Of a stretch of DNA of 64,000 nucleotides, positions 55,854 to 64,000 are shown in pieces. The number at the start of each line of letters is the position of its first letter. Within the stretch, counting starts at the first letter, position 1. Location: positions 152,323-216,322 of the forward strand of contig CAJUQG010000001.1 in the NCBI GenBank assembly GCA_910588025.1. Reading direction: 5' to 3'. The notes under the pieces are model-generated. The model saw only the letters and a program-made list of their open reading frames with translations. It searched no databases and was not told where the DNA came from. Both the position numbers and the translations under genes were made by a program. This DNA is from an uncultured Bacilli bacterium. GTDB taxonomy: Bacteria; Bacillota_I; Bacilli_A; RF39; UBA660.

Positions 55854-58079
55854 TTATACATGCAAACTGTTTTTTAATTCAGTAACAATTTTTTTAATCT
55901 CTTCTGCCGACTCATCATAAAATTCCAATCGAAATTTACGAATTCCCATATGAAAGTAAGCATCTATCTTTTGTAATAAATTTAACCTTTTATAATGCAT
56001 AATGTGCGTACGATGAAACTCATCCATATGAAGAGGATAAATTTTACCATTTCGATCTTTCAAAGAATAAATATCTTTTCCTTTACAGACTTTACATACT
56101 TTTTCTTGATTTACATTCATATGTAATAAACAATGATTTAACACCATTACTTCCAAGCGTCCATAAACAATTAATTCAAAAGGATTCCCATTTGGATACT
56201 TTTTTAATAACTCTTCTAATTCATAATCTGTAATCTCTGGTGTTAAACACATTTGCTTTACCCCACAAGATGTCCAAAATTTCTCTGTTGCATGGTTAGA
56301 AATGTTAAGAAAATAATCCAAATAAGCTTCTTCTTTATCTAAAAGTGCTCCACTTTCACAAGCAAGTACTTTCTTACTATCATAATAAGTAGAATGCATA
56401 ACTCTGTTTGTGCGATAAATCACATTTTTTTCATACCTTTGAGCTAATTTATAATCAGAAACATAAATTTTAGAAACACCAAGTTCTAATAATGTTTTAA
56501 CATGCTCTTCACTCATAGCATTTGCTGTAATACAAATAGAGTCATCATATGAATATTCTTCTTCATGAGCTTTCCTAATAGCTACCTCACTACGATTTAC
56601 CCTTTTCTTAATTAACTCATCAACTGCTCTTCTTCGTATCTCATTCATATCACGCACATTCATATAAAGATTATCTTCCAAAGATATTTCGATATTTTGA
56701 AGAAGAAATGGTGTATTTCCAAGTTTACTAAATTGCTTTTTTACTACTTCTTTGGTAATTGGACAATGATCTGATTTCTCTACACAATCTTCCTTTATAA
56801 TAACCGAGAAAACTCCATCACTCATTTGAAATTCTATATGATTTAAAGATATAGATAATCTCATTGTAACCAATACTTTTTTCTCAGATCTTGCTAAAAT
56901 ACTTTCCTCTAACTTTTTATCAAGGGTTTTCATAACACTACCAAAATGACTTATACCAACTTTATTATCTACAAAAATAAGATCTCCATTTTTGGCACCA
57001 GAAATAAGATCACCATTTTTATGATATAAAAAATTAACAATCATTCCCTTGTTTTCTTCTACAAAACGTATACCATCTTCTTGATTTAAATCATCATCAA
57101 GTCGAATGCCAATTTTTTTCTTATCTATAACTTCAATATTCCCTAAAAAGCTTCCTTGATGATTACTTGTTTTTTGATTCATAAACTCATCATCTTGAGC
57201 ATGAAAAATCTTACCACTTGTAAATCCTCTTCCAAATAAAGTTTCTGCTTTTTTAATATCTTCTTCGCTTACCTTCATACTTTCTTTTAAAAAATACCGA
57301 TCAATTAAACTACGATAAGTCTGTGTCATAAATCCTACATAAGCTGGACTTTTCATTCTTCCTTCTATTTTAAAACTTTGAATATTAGAATCTAAAAGTT
57401 CACTAAAACGAGAAGATGTATTTAAATCTCTTGTAGATAATAAAAATTCACCATTTGTTTTATAAGGTACATTATTTTTTAACAACTGCCATGGCAATCT
57501 ACAAATTTGAGCGCATTCTCCTCTATTCCCACTACGATTCATTAACAAACTTGAAAATAAACATTGCCCAGAATAAGAAATACATAAAGCACCATGAATA
57601 AATACTTCAATTTCAATATCATCAGGAAACCTCTTTATTTCTTCTAAAGATAATTCTCGAGCTAAAACGACACGCTTTACACCTAATTTTCTTAAAAATT
57701 CAATTTGTGAAATATTATGAATATGAACCTGTGTTGAAGCATGAATTTCTAAATCAGGATACTTTTCATGACAAAGTTTCATTAAACCAATATCTGCCAT
57801 AATAACTGCATCAACATGATTAAGATATAGAAATTCAATATAAGATAATACTTCATCAAGCTCTGATTCATAAATCATTGTATTAACAGTAACATAAATT
57901 TTTACTCCATACAAATGACAGAAAAAAATAGCGGATAACATTTCACTTTCCGAAAAGTTTGATGCAAAAGCTCTAGCACCAAATTTCTTCCCCCCTAAAT
58001 ACACCGCATCTGCTCCATGATATACAGCCATTTTTAAAGACTCCATATTCCCAGCTGGACTAAGCAATTCTTTTTTCAT
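55854..58079 (-). CDS. peptidase U32 family protein with two U32-like modules
   Basis: N-terminal module with the U32 signature EVFIHGALCISYSGQCLFS...GECAQICR. The C-terminal second module (ELIVYGRLEVMVLNHCLL...CKVCKG) is more divergent. Confidence 0.8.
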   Translation of the reverse strand: MKKELLSPAGNMESLKMAVYHGADAVYLGGKKFGARAFASNFSESEMLSAIFFCHLYGVKIYVTVNTMIYESELDEVLSYIEFLYLNHVDAVIMADIGLMKLCHEKYPDLEIHASTQVHIHNISQIEFLRKLGVKRVVLARELSLEEIKRFPDDIEIEVFIHGALCISYSGQCLFSSLLMNRSGNRGECAQICRLPWQLLKNNVPYKTNGEFLLSTRDLNTSSRFSELLDSNIQSFKIEGRMKSPAYVGFMTQTYRSLIDRYFLKESMKVSEEDIKKAETLFGRGFTSGKIFHAQDDEFMNQKTSNHQGSFLGNIEVIDKKKIGIRLDDDLNQEDGIRFVEENKGMIVNFLYHKNGDLISGAKNGDLIFVDNKVGISHFGSVMKTLDKKLEESILARSEKKVLVTMRLSISLNHIEFQMSDGVFSVIIKEDCVEKSDHCPITKEVVKKQFSKLGNTPFLLQNIEISLEDNLYMNVRDMNEIRRRAVDELIKKRVNRSEVAIRKAHEEEYSYDDSICITANAMSEEHVKTLLELGVSKIYVSDYKLAQRYEKNVIYRTNRVMHSTYYDSKKVLACESGALLDKEEAYLDYFLNISNHATEKFWTSCGVKQMCLTPEITDYELEELLKKYPNGNPFELIVYGRLEVMVLNHCLLHMNVNQEKVCKVCKGKDIYSLKDRNGKIYPLHMDEFHRTHIMHYKRLNLLQKIDAYFHMGIRKFRLEFYDESAEEIKKIVTELKNSLHV

Positions 58080-58095
58080 AACTTTTCACCAAACC

Positions 58096-58124
58096 TTGTA
58101 ATAATTCTAAAAATCTGTTATTAT
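58096..58124 (+). promoter_or_regulatory. possible promoter of the two-gene cassette
   Basis: TTGTAA, a 17-nt spacer, then TATTAT. An AGAAAGGA SD and the ATG at 58160 follow. Confidence 0.3.
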
Positions 58125-58159
58125 AACACCAATTTTTAACTAGAAAGGACTAATTACAT

Positions 58160-59122
58160 ATGAGTTTTGAAAATGCAAGATACTTAATAGAAAAAAATAA
58201 AGATACTTACAAAAAAGATCCTATCAATCAAGTAACACCAATAACAGAAACAGAAAATCCTTTACTACAACAGTATAAAAGACAACTGCAAAGATATCAA
58301 GAAATAATAAAAGAATTAGAAATATGGCAAAAAATCATTAAAAATAAAAACCGAAATCAAAAGGAAGATAAAGAAGGTTTAGAAAAAGAAACGAAAACTC
58401 CACTTTCAAAAACACAAGCAATAAAACTACCTACCACAAAACAAGATATTATTGAGTTTTTAAATAACGCACCACTAATTCATGAAGCAAAAAAACAAAT
58501 CATCACTTATTTATACCAAGAAGCATGTACATATAATGAAATAGCCAAAAATAGCACGAATGAAGAAGATAAAGAAGAATGTAAAAAAGAAATTGAAGCC
58601 ATATTATCTCAGATAGAATGGATTCAAAACTATCAAAAAATAGAAGAAAAAGAAGTAAGCGAAACAACTCACAACAATATGATCTTTCTAACCTCTAATT
58701 CTGGACGTATTATTCCTTTAGAAGAAATAAGTAAAAATATTCCAATGGAATTTTATGACTCATTAAAAGAAGCCTTAATATCTATTGAAAATGGAACTTT
58801 TATTGGTTTTAAACCACTAACTAAAAGAAAATACAATGAATTAAGAAAGCCAAAAGTAAGAGTTTTATTTAGTCAAATAAATAAAAATACCTTTTTAGTT
58901 TTATCTTGCTTTTTCAAAAACTACGATACCAACTTAAAATATAAAGAAAATCTAGACAACCTAAGCTATATCTTAATGCAAAAAGAATCAGAATATAAAA
59001 CATTAGCACAAGATCCTAACTATTTAGAAGAACAAGAAAAAACAAAAAATACTATTTATAATATTTTAACAACGAAAAGAGATGAATTTAATGGAAAATC
59101 TTTGGACCGAAAAAGAATCTGA
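58160..59122 (+). CDS. hypothetical protein; Lys/Glu-rich N-terminal half and RelE/HigB/Gp49-like C-terminal module
   Basis: C-terminal block NNMIFLTSNSGRIIPLEEI...GTFIGFKPLTKRKYNELRKPKVRVLFSQINKNTFLVLSCFFKN. It follows the pattern of Gp49/HigB-type toxins (…kL…ElR…yRvlf……vlL..F.KK). Confidence 0.55.
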   Translation: MSFENARYLIEKNKDTYKKDPINQVTPITETENPLLQQYKRQLQRYQEIIKELEIWQKIIKNKNRNQKEDKEGLEKETKTPLSKTQAIKLPTTKQDIIEFLNNAPLIHEAKKQIITYLYQEACTYNEIAKNSTNEEDKEECKKEIEAILSQIEWIQNYQKIEEKEVSETTHNNMIFLTSNSGRIIPLEEISKNIPMEFYDSLKEALISIENGTFIGFKPLTKRKYNELRKPKVRVLFSQINKNTFLVLSCFFKNYDTNLKYKENLDNLSYILMQKESEYKTLAQDPNYLEEQEKTKNTIYNILTTKRDEFNGKSLDRKRI

Positions 59123-60830
59123 ATTAACAAAACTATTAGCTTTGAAAGAAAAGCTTTTAAGTAACTTTGATACCACTACATTAGCTAATTATCTAATTAC
59201 AATAGCTGATTTAGAAGGATTAGAATTACAAGAAGAAGAAAAAGTATTTATTTTAGACTTTTTTGAAAAAAATAATAACGCCGAACTACAATTATATTTG
59301 TTTGCAATTTTTGAATATGGAAAAGCATTTAATTATTTAAATACCTTAAGATATGGATTATTTAGAGTTTTATCAATTAAAGACTTATTACGAAAAAGAG
59401 AATTTGAAAAAAATGAATTAGATTTAATAAGAGCAGAAAAAATATTAGACAAAAATGAATTAAAACAATTTAAAACATTTTGCAAATATTTTTCCAGGGT
59501 TTGGAGAAACACAACAGAAAAAAAGAATACAAATAATCCTTTAATTAAATTAATGGAAAAATTATCAGAAAAAGGATTTTATTATTATCAAAATTATCTT
59601 GAATATATTTTTAATATTAAATTAACAAAAACGGAGCAAGATACCAATATTACTACAAGAATAAAATTTAAAAATAGAACAAATAAAATAAAAAATAAAA
59701 CTTTTTTAACTCCAATTGAAGAAAGAATTTTAAACTTAAAAATGGAACAAAAACAAAAAGAAAAAAAGGGAAAAAATTTAGAGCAAAAACAGGAACAAGC
59801 CTTCAAAATTATTGATTCCTTTATTCAAAATAATGCGAAAAGATTTATTGAATTGTCTCCACAAATAACAAAATATTTCTCTTCTCCTGAAATAGAAACT
59901 TATGCATTAAATAAAATCATAAATCACAATGAAAAAGTAATAAAGCAATTACAAATAGAAAAAGATTTGCTAGAAAAACAATTAGATGACTCTTATGAAT
60001 TAGTTTTCTTAGAATCTGACTATGACTTACCAGAAGAAAACGTAATGAAACAAATAAAAGAAAGCTTAACAAAAGAAAATTTAGCAAAATTATTAAAAGC
60101 TTTAAATAAAAAAGAATTTTCCTTTTTAAACTCTAAACATCCAAATTTTTTAGAAATATTACAAAATACAAATGAACTTACTTTAAAAGAAATTTCAAAA
60201 GAAATAAGTGATAAGATATTACCCACCACTTACCTAATTTCTTATCCTAAAATATTAACGACTTCTACTTTCTTACTTTATAAGAAAAATAAAGAACTAG
60301 TACTTCAAAATAACTTAAATATAGATTTCTTTCACAATTCTAATATTTTATTATTAGATAGTGACACATTACAAAAAGTAGTTAATTTAATAAAAACTTA
60401 TCATTGTGAAACTTTAATTTGTTATGGCCTAAACTATTTTGATCAGGTAGATGCTTTAATTGAGCAAAGATTTAATTTACTTCCAGATACATTGGAAGTT
60501 GAAGATTTTACTACTACAAAAGTTCAAGAATTACTAAATAAACAAATTCCTTTAACAATGACTTCTGAAAATGAAAATGAAATTGCATGGTTAGATGAAG
60601 AATTTAAAGTAGATTCTCTAAGATATTGTATCAATGGATTTATCATTTCTAGAATAAAAGTTCTTCGTTATTTTACTTCTTTAAATCAATGCAAAGAAGA
60701 TAGAAACCAAAATTTAATAGATGCCATTTTTTATAACACTCATTTTTTTGAATTTGAAAAGCAAATGATTATGGATGCGTTAAAAAGAAATCAAACAAGA
60801 AAAAAGATTATTTCTCAGTATCAAGAATAA
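59082..60830 (+). CDS. hypothetical 582-aa helical, Lys/Glu/Asn-rich protein
   Basis: A long uninterrupted ORF that overlaps the upstream gene by 41 nt (32 nt if the ATG at 59091 is used). No motif recognised. Confidence 0.55.
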   Translation: MNLMENLWTEKESELTKLLALKEKLLSNFDTTTLANYLITIADLEGLELQEEEKVFILDFFEKNNNAELQLYLFAIFEYGKAFNYLNTLRYGLFRVLSIKDLLRKREFEKNELDLIRAEKILDKNELKQFKTFCKYFSRVWRNTTEKKNTNNPLIKLMEKLSEKGFYYYQNYLEYIFNIKLTKTEQDTNITTRIKFKNRTNKIKNKTFLTPIEERILNLKMEQKQKEKKGKNLEQKQEQAFKIIDSFIQNNAKRFIELSPQITKYFSSPEIETYALNKIINHNEKVIKQLQIEKDLLEKQLDDSYELVFLESDYDLPEENVMKQIKESLTKENLAKLLKALNKKEFSFLNSKHPNFLEILQNTNELTLKEISKEISDKILPTTYLISYPKILTTSTFLLYKKNKELVLQNNLNIDFFHNSNILLLDSDTLQKVVNLIKTYHCETLICYGLNYFDQVDALIEQRFNLLPDTLEVEDFTTTKVQELLNKQIPLTMTSENENEIAWLDEEFKVDSLRYCINGFIISRIKVLRYFTSLNQCKEDRNQNLIDAIFYNTHFFEFEKQMIMDALKRNQTRKKIISQYQE

Positions 60831-61233
60831 TCTTTTTTATTTGATCTAATGTTTCTTCATAATAATGATCTAATTCACTACGTTTATAAACCCATATATA
60901 AGATGGATGATATATTTTTAAAACCTTACAAAAAGAAAAATTATGTCGTTTTAGTTCCTTAAAAACTAGGTTCCCACACACCACTAATAAATCAGGTTTA
61001 AGCGTCTTTATATGACAAATAAAACTTTGATATTAATCATGTAATTCCTCTTTCGTAGGATAGCGTAATTTTCCTGATAAATCGGTAGGTGCATAAGAAA
61101 CATAATTGATTTTTTCACACACACAATTTAAATGCTTTATAATATGATCTATTATTTTCCCAGATGCGGTAGAACTATCAAACGCTTTCTTATCACACTT
61201 ATTACTTATTCCTACAAATACAACCTTTTTCAT
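60808..61233 (-). pseudogene. uracil-DNA-glycosylase-superfamily-like gene interrupted by an in-frame TAA
   Basis: ORF 61033..61233 ends ...PTKEELHD at TAA (61033..61035). The same frame continues for 74 more codons, YQSFICHIKTLKPDLLVVCGNLVFKELKRHNFSFCKVLKIYHPSYIWVYKRSELDHYYEETLDQIKKIILDTEK, to a TAA at 60808..60810. Confidence 0.6.
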
Positions 61234-61850
61234 TTCGTAAGTTCTACAATTTTTTCTAATACTTTTCCATACTTAGAATAAGCTGTTTCATGAGCATTTA
61301 CTAAAAAATCAGAAAACAAAATTTCTCTTTTTTCTTGACATATTCTACCATGATCTAAAAACAATACAAGCCCATTTATACTTCCTTTTTCTTCTTGAAA
61401 TAAGTTTAAAACTTCATGAGCATTTACTAAAACAATACCAGAAACCTCATTTGGATCTAATTCAAAATCATCATAATTTCCTTCATACAAATCTACATAA
61501 ACATGTGCAAATGCACGGTCACGAAAAAGAGTTCCATCCTTTTTTTCACGGTCCATAACAAATGGAACCATCTCTACAAATACAGCATCATGTGAATCAA
61601 TAGAAATACCAATTTCTTCTTCTATCTCTCTACGAAAGCCCTCTTCTAAAGATTCACCAGCTTGTAAATGACCAGATGCCGTTGTATATAAAGTTCCCTC
61701 ATCCTTTCTTATTTGAAAGAAAGCATTTCCGTTTTTATCGTATAACCAACAATGAATCGTTTTATGCCACAAAGCATCACGATGTACGATACTTCTCTCT
61801 TCCTTACCTAAAAAATTTCCTTGTTCATCATATATATCTAAATATTCCAT
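61230..61850 (-). CDS. NUDIX hydrolase
   Basis: Nudix box GHLQAGESLEEGFRREIEEEIGI. Its stop overlaps the start of the UDG-like gene (ATGA). Confidence 0.88.
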   Translation of the reverse strand: MEYLDIYDEQGNFLGKEERSIVHRDALWHKTIHCWLYDKNGNAFFQIRKDEGTLYTTASGHLQAGESLEEGFRREIEEEIGISIDSHDAVFVEMVPFVMDREKKDGTLFRDRAFAHVYVDLYEGNYDDFELDPNEVSGIVLVNAHEVLNLFQEEKGSINGLVLFLDHGRICQEKREILFSDFLVNAHETAYSKYGKVLEKIVELTK

Positions 61851-61858
61851 AATAACCT

Positions 61859-62416
61859 CTAATCTAAATAATTTACAATTTCTAAAAAACTGTTGTATCC
61901 ACTCTCTGAATTAATATGCCCTCCATCTGGTAAATTAACTTTAAAAGATGAAATAGTACAAGCAAATTCATAAGAAGCCTCATACGTAACATAAGGATCA
62001 TTTTCTGTATAAAAACAAACAATTTCCTTACAATAATCCTTTACTTCTTTTAGATTTTGAAAATACATTGTTTTATTAACAGTATCATATTCTTCATTAA
62101 TACCAAAATAATTATTAAAACCACACACTGAAATTAATTTTTTTATCTTTTGTTGATGTTCTACTAAAAACTTACAGACAAAAACAGGACCAATACTATG
62201 AGCAATAATCGTAGTATGTTCGTGAATTAAACCAAGTTTCCAATAGTATTCCAATAATTGATTCCAATTAGAATAATTTTGTAAATTTACTCCAACTGGA
62301 AAATCTGGAACATAAACCTCTTTCCCATCTTTTAAAAGAAATTCTGCTAACCAAGGAAACCAATTAGAATATGGACTTCCAAAAGATCCATGAATAATAA
62401 AATAATTTTCTTTCAT
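61859..62416 (-). CDS. alpha/beta hydrolase, YdeN/RBBP9-like serine hydrolase
   Basis: IIHGSFGSPYSNWFPWL, the nucleophile elbow AHSIGP and a C-terminal GGHIN. 185 aa. Confidence 0.7.
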   Translation of the reverse strand: MKENYFIIHGSFGSPYSNWFPWLAEFLLKDGKEVYVPDFPVGVNLQNYSNWNQLLEYYWKLGLIHEHTTIIAHSIGPVFVCKFLVEHQQKIKKLISVCGFNNYFGINEEYDTVNKTMYFQNLKEVKDYCKEIVCFYTENDPYVTYEASYEFACTISSFKVNLPDGGHINSESGYNSFLEIVNYLD

Positions 62417-62451
62417 ATCTTACTTCCTTTTAATTTTAACACAAATGAAAA

Positions 62452-62859
62452 TCACTGATCTATAATTTCAAGATAATCATGAAAAGACAAAGAAACAAAA
62501 GATTCTTGAACTTCTATAAATGCTTTAATTTTACTTCCTTCTCTTTGACCAAATTGAACTTTCATAACTTCAGAAAATTCTCCTACATCATAAAACTTTG
62601 AAGTATCAAATATTTCCAAATAACTAATCTCTGTTATATCATCTATAGGAACACAATAATAAGATTGATTCTCATAATAAGAAACTTTAGGTGCTACTAT
62701 GTAATTTAAATAAAAATCAAAATAACCTTTTTTACCATTTAATAAAAAAGAAACACAAACAAAACCTTGATATCCAGTTAACAAACCATTTTCTATATAT
62801 TTTGAAAACTTAAATTCTGTCTCTAATATTTCTGCTTTACTACCGTTAACCACTAACAT
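62452..62859 (-). CDS. hypothetical protein
   Basis: ATG at 62859 is 4 nt after a GGAGGA SD; the track start is a TTG inside the SD. No motif recognised and no TM helix. Confidence 0.55.
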   Translation of the reverse strand: MLVVNGSKAEILETEFKFSKYIENGLLTGYQGFVCVSFLLNGKKGYFDFYLNYIVAPKVSYYENQSYYCVPIDDITEISYLEIFDTSKFYDVGEFSEVMKVQFGQREGSKIKAFIEVQESFVSLSFHDYLEIIDQ

Positions 62860-62877
62860 ATAATCCTCCAAAATATA

Positions 62878-64000
62878 TTATAAATATTGTTTAATTGCCT
62901 GTGCAGTGTAAGTATCTGCATCTAAAATATCACTTAACAATCCCTGATAAACAATTTTACCACCCTTTGCCCCTGAATCAGGTCCCATATCAATGATATA
63001 ATCTGCATCCACGATAAAATCTAAATTATGTTCCACTACGATAATTGTATTACCACGTTCTAACATATTTCTCATCACAAGTTTAAGTGCTTCAATATCT
63101 TTTAAGTGTAGTCCTTGTGTTGGTTCATCAAAAATATAAATATGACCTTTCTTAATTAAGTATTTTGACATATTAACTCTTTGAACTTCTCCACCAGACA
63201 AAGTATCCATTGTTTGCCCTAACTTTAAATACTCTAAGCCTACACTTTTTAATATCTCTAATCTTTCTTTTATTTCTAAGTTTTCAAAGAAATCAATTGC
63301 TTCTTCAATCGTCATTTCTAAAACATCATTAATACTTTTTCCTTTATATAAATAATTTAAAACTTCTTGTTTGTATCTCTTACCATAGCAAATTTCACAA
63401 ACTTGTTTCACATCATCTAAAAAATGCATATCCATTTTAATAATTCCTGATCCACCACAATTTTCACATGCTCCAAGAGAATTAAAACTAAATAAACTAG
63501 CAGATACCTTATTTTCTTTTGCAAATATTTCTCTAATAATATCAAAAGTATTAGTATATGTTGCCACATTACTTCTACTATTTAAGCCTATATTTTCTTT
63601 ACCTATTTTAATAAGACTATCATCATGTTGTAATAAATACTGAATTAAAGAAGACTTCCCACTTCCAGAAACCCCCGTAATACAGGTTAAAACATTTAAT
63701 GGGATTTTAACGTTTAAATCTTTAATATTATGAATACAAATGTCATTTACTTCATAAAAATCTTTTATCTTATCAGATATATTTTTAATTCTTTTTTTCT
63801 TTTTTAAATAATTACCTGTAAGTGAATTAGAACATTCAAAAATTCCTTTTATATCTCCATTATAAACAACTTTACCCCCATTGAGCCCTGATTCAGGTCC
63901 CATATCAATTATACGATCAGCACTACATATTACTTGTCTATTATGTTCTACAACTATAGCAGTATTATGATTTGCCACAATGTTTTTAATAGATCGAATA
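62878..64000 (-). CDS. UvrA-family ABC ATPase (UvrA or UvrA paralog), C-terminal part; gene runs off the right edge
   Basis: The frame stays open to the window edge. It contains the end of NBD-I (VVEHNRQVICSADRIIDMGPESG), the NBD-II Walker A GVSGSGKSS, the Zn module CENCGGSG...CEICYGKRY, and LSGGEVQR, IFDEPTQGLH and VVEHNLDF. Confidence 0.85.
   Translation of the reverse strand, partial: IRSIKNIVANHNTAIVVEHNRQVICSADRIIDMGPESGLNGGKVVYNGDIKGIFECSNSLTGNYLKKKKRIKNISDKIKDFYEVNDICIHNIKDLNVKIPLNVLTCITGVSGSGKSSLIQYLLQHDDSLIKIGKENIGLNSRSNVATYTNTFDIIREIFAKENKVSASLFSFNSLGACENCGGSGIIKMDMHFLDDVKQVCEICYGKRYKQEVLNYLYKGKSINDVLEMTIEEAIDFFENLEIKERLEILKSVGLEYLKLGQTMDTLSGGEVQRVNMSKYLIKKGHIYIFDEPTQGLHLKDIEALKLVMRNMLERGNTIIVVEHNLDFIVDADYIIDMGPDSGAKGGKIVYQGLLSDILDADTYTAQAIKQYL

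Noticed and set aside
1-64000. Mycoplasma/Spiroplasma genetic code (TGA as Trp), considered because of the very low GC content and Mollicutes-like protein composition.
   Set aside because: TGA clearly terminates well-conserved genes (nrdD ends at the ATGA overlap with nrdG; the 320-aa cassette gene ends at TGA). Conserved Trp positions are TGG. The presence of peptidoglycan and sporulation genes also argues against Mollicutes.
1-64000. Mobile elements, prophage remnants, and tRNA or rRNA genes.
   Set aside because: No transposase, integrase or recombinase-like ORF is present in the six-frame track. I noticed no long inverted or direct terminal repeats and no cloverleaf-like or rRNA-like sequence in the intergenic regions.

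Overview
This is a low-GC Firmicutes chromosomal segment that uses the standard genetic code: TGA acts as a stop, for example at the nrdD/nrdG ATGA overlap. The gene content (spoVD-like PBP, spoVID-ysxE, ylbD/ylbE/ylbJ/ylbL-like genes) suggests a spore-forming Erysipelotrichia- or Clostridia/Bacilli-like organism. I cannot assign a species. About 85% of genes are on the minus strand.

Layout:
- 1-3.4 kb: distal half of a dcw cell-division cluster (spoVD-like PBP, mraY, SEDS protein).
- 3.5-9.4 kb: envelope module (LCP ligase, large polytopic GT-C-like membrane protein, membrane-anchored HEAT-repeat protein, membrane GT2) plus two uncharacterised small genes.
- 9.4-21.7 kb: Wzx/Wzy-type polysaccharide locus. 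It carries the priming sugar transferase, GT2, GT4, a GLCE-like glucuronyl C5-epimerase, DUF4422, Wzy, Glf, an acyltransferase, Wzx, Ugd, CpsC/CpsD and VanZ.
- 21.9-27 kb: an NrdD-like paralog that lacks the glycyl-radical C-terminus, divergent from a genuine nrdDG pair.
- 28.2-33.6 kb: proximal half of the dcw cluster (mraZ-rsmH-ftsL-pbpB) with a phased MraZ-box array, and divergent murC.
- 33.7-58 kb: housekeeping and sporulation genes. These are a CDF transporter, an ABC half-transporter with a fully degenerate NBD, efp, rpmG, a secreted protein with a 15-bp tandem repeat, PBP2, nfo, parEC, ylb-region genes, spoVID-ysxE, PGM, deoD and a U32 protein. Three orphan prepilin genes are interspersed among them.
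- 58.2-60.8 kb: a plus-strand two-gene cassette of unknown function. The first protein ends in a RelE/HigB/Gp49-like module.
- 60.8-64 kb: an operon of a UvrA-family ATPase, an unknown protein, an alpha/beta hydrolase, a NUDIX hydrolase and a UDG-like gene broken by an in-frame TAA.

I saw no rRNA or tRNA genes, CRISPR arrays, transposases or integrases. All functional calls rest on motif recognition by eye. Homology searches are needed to confirm them.
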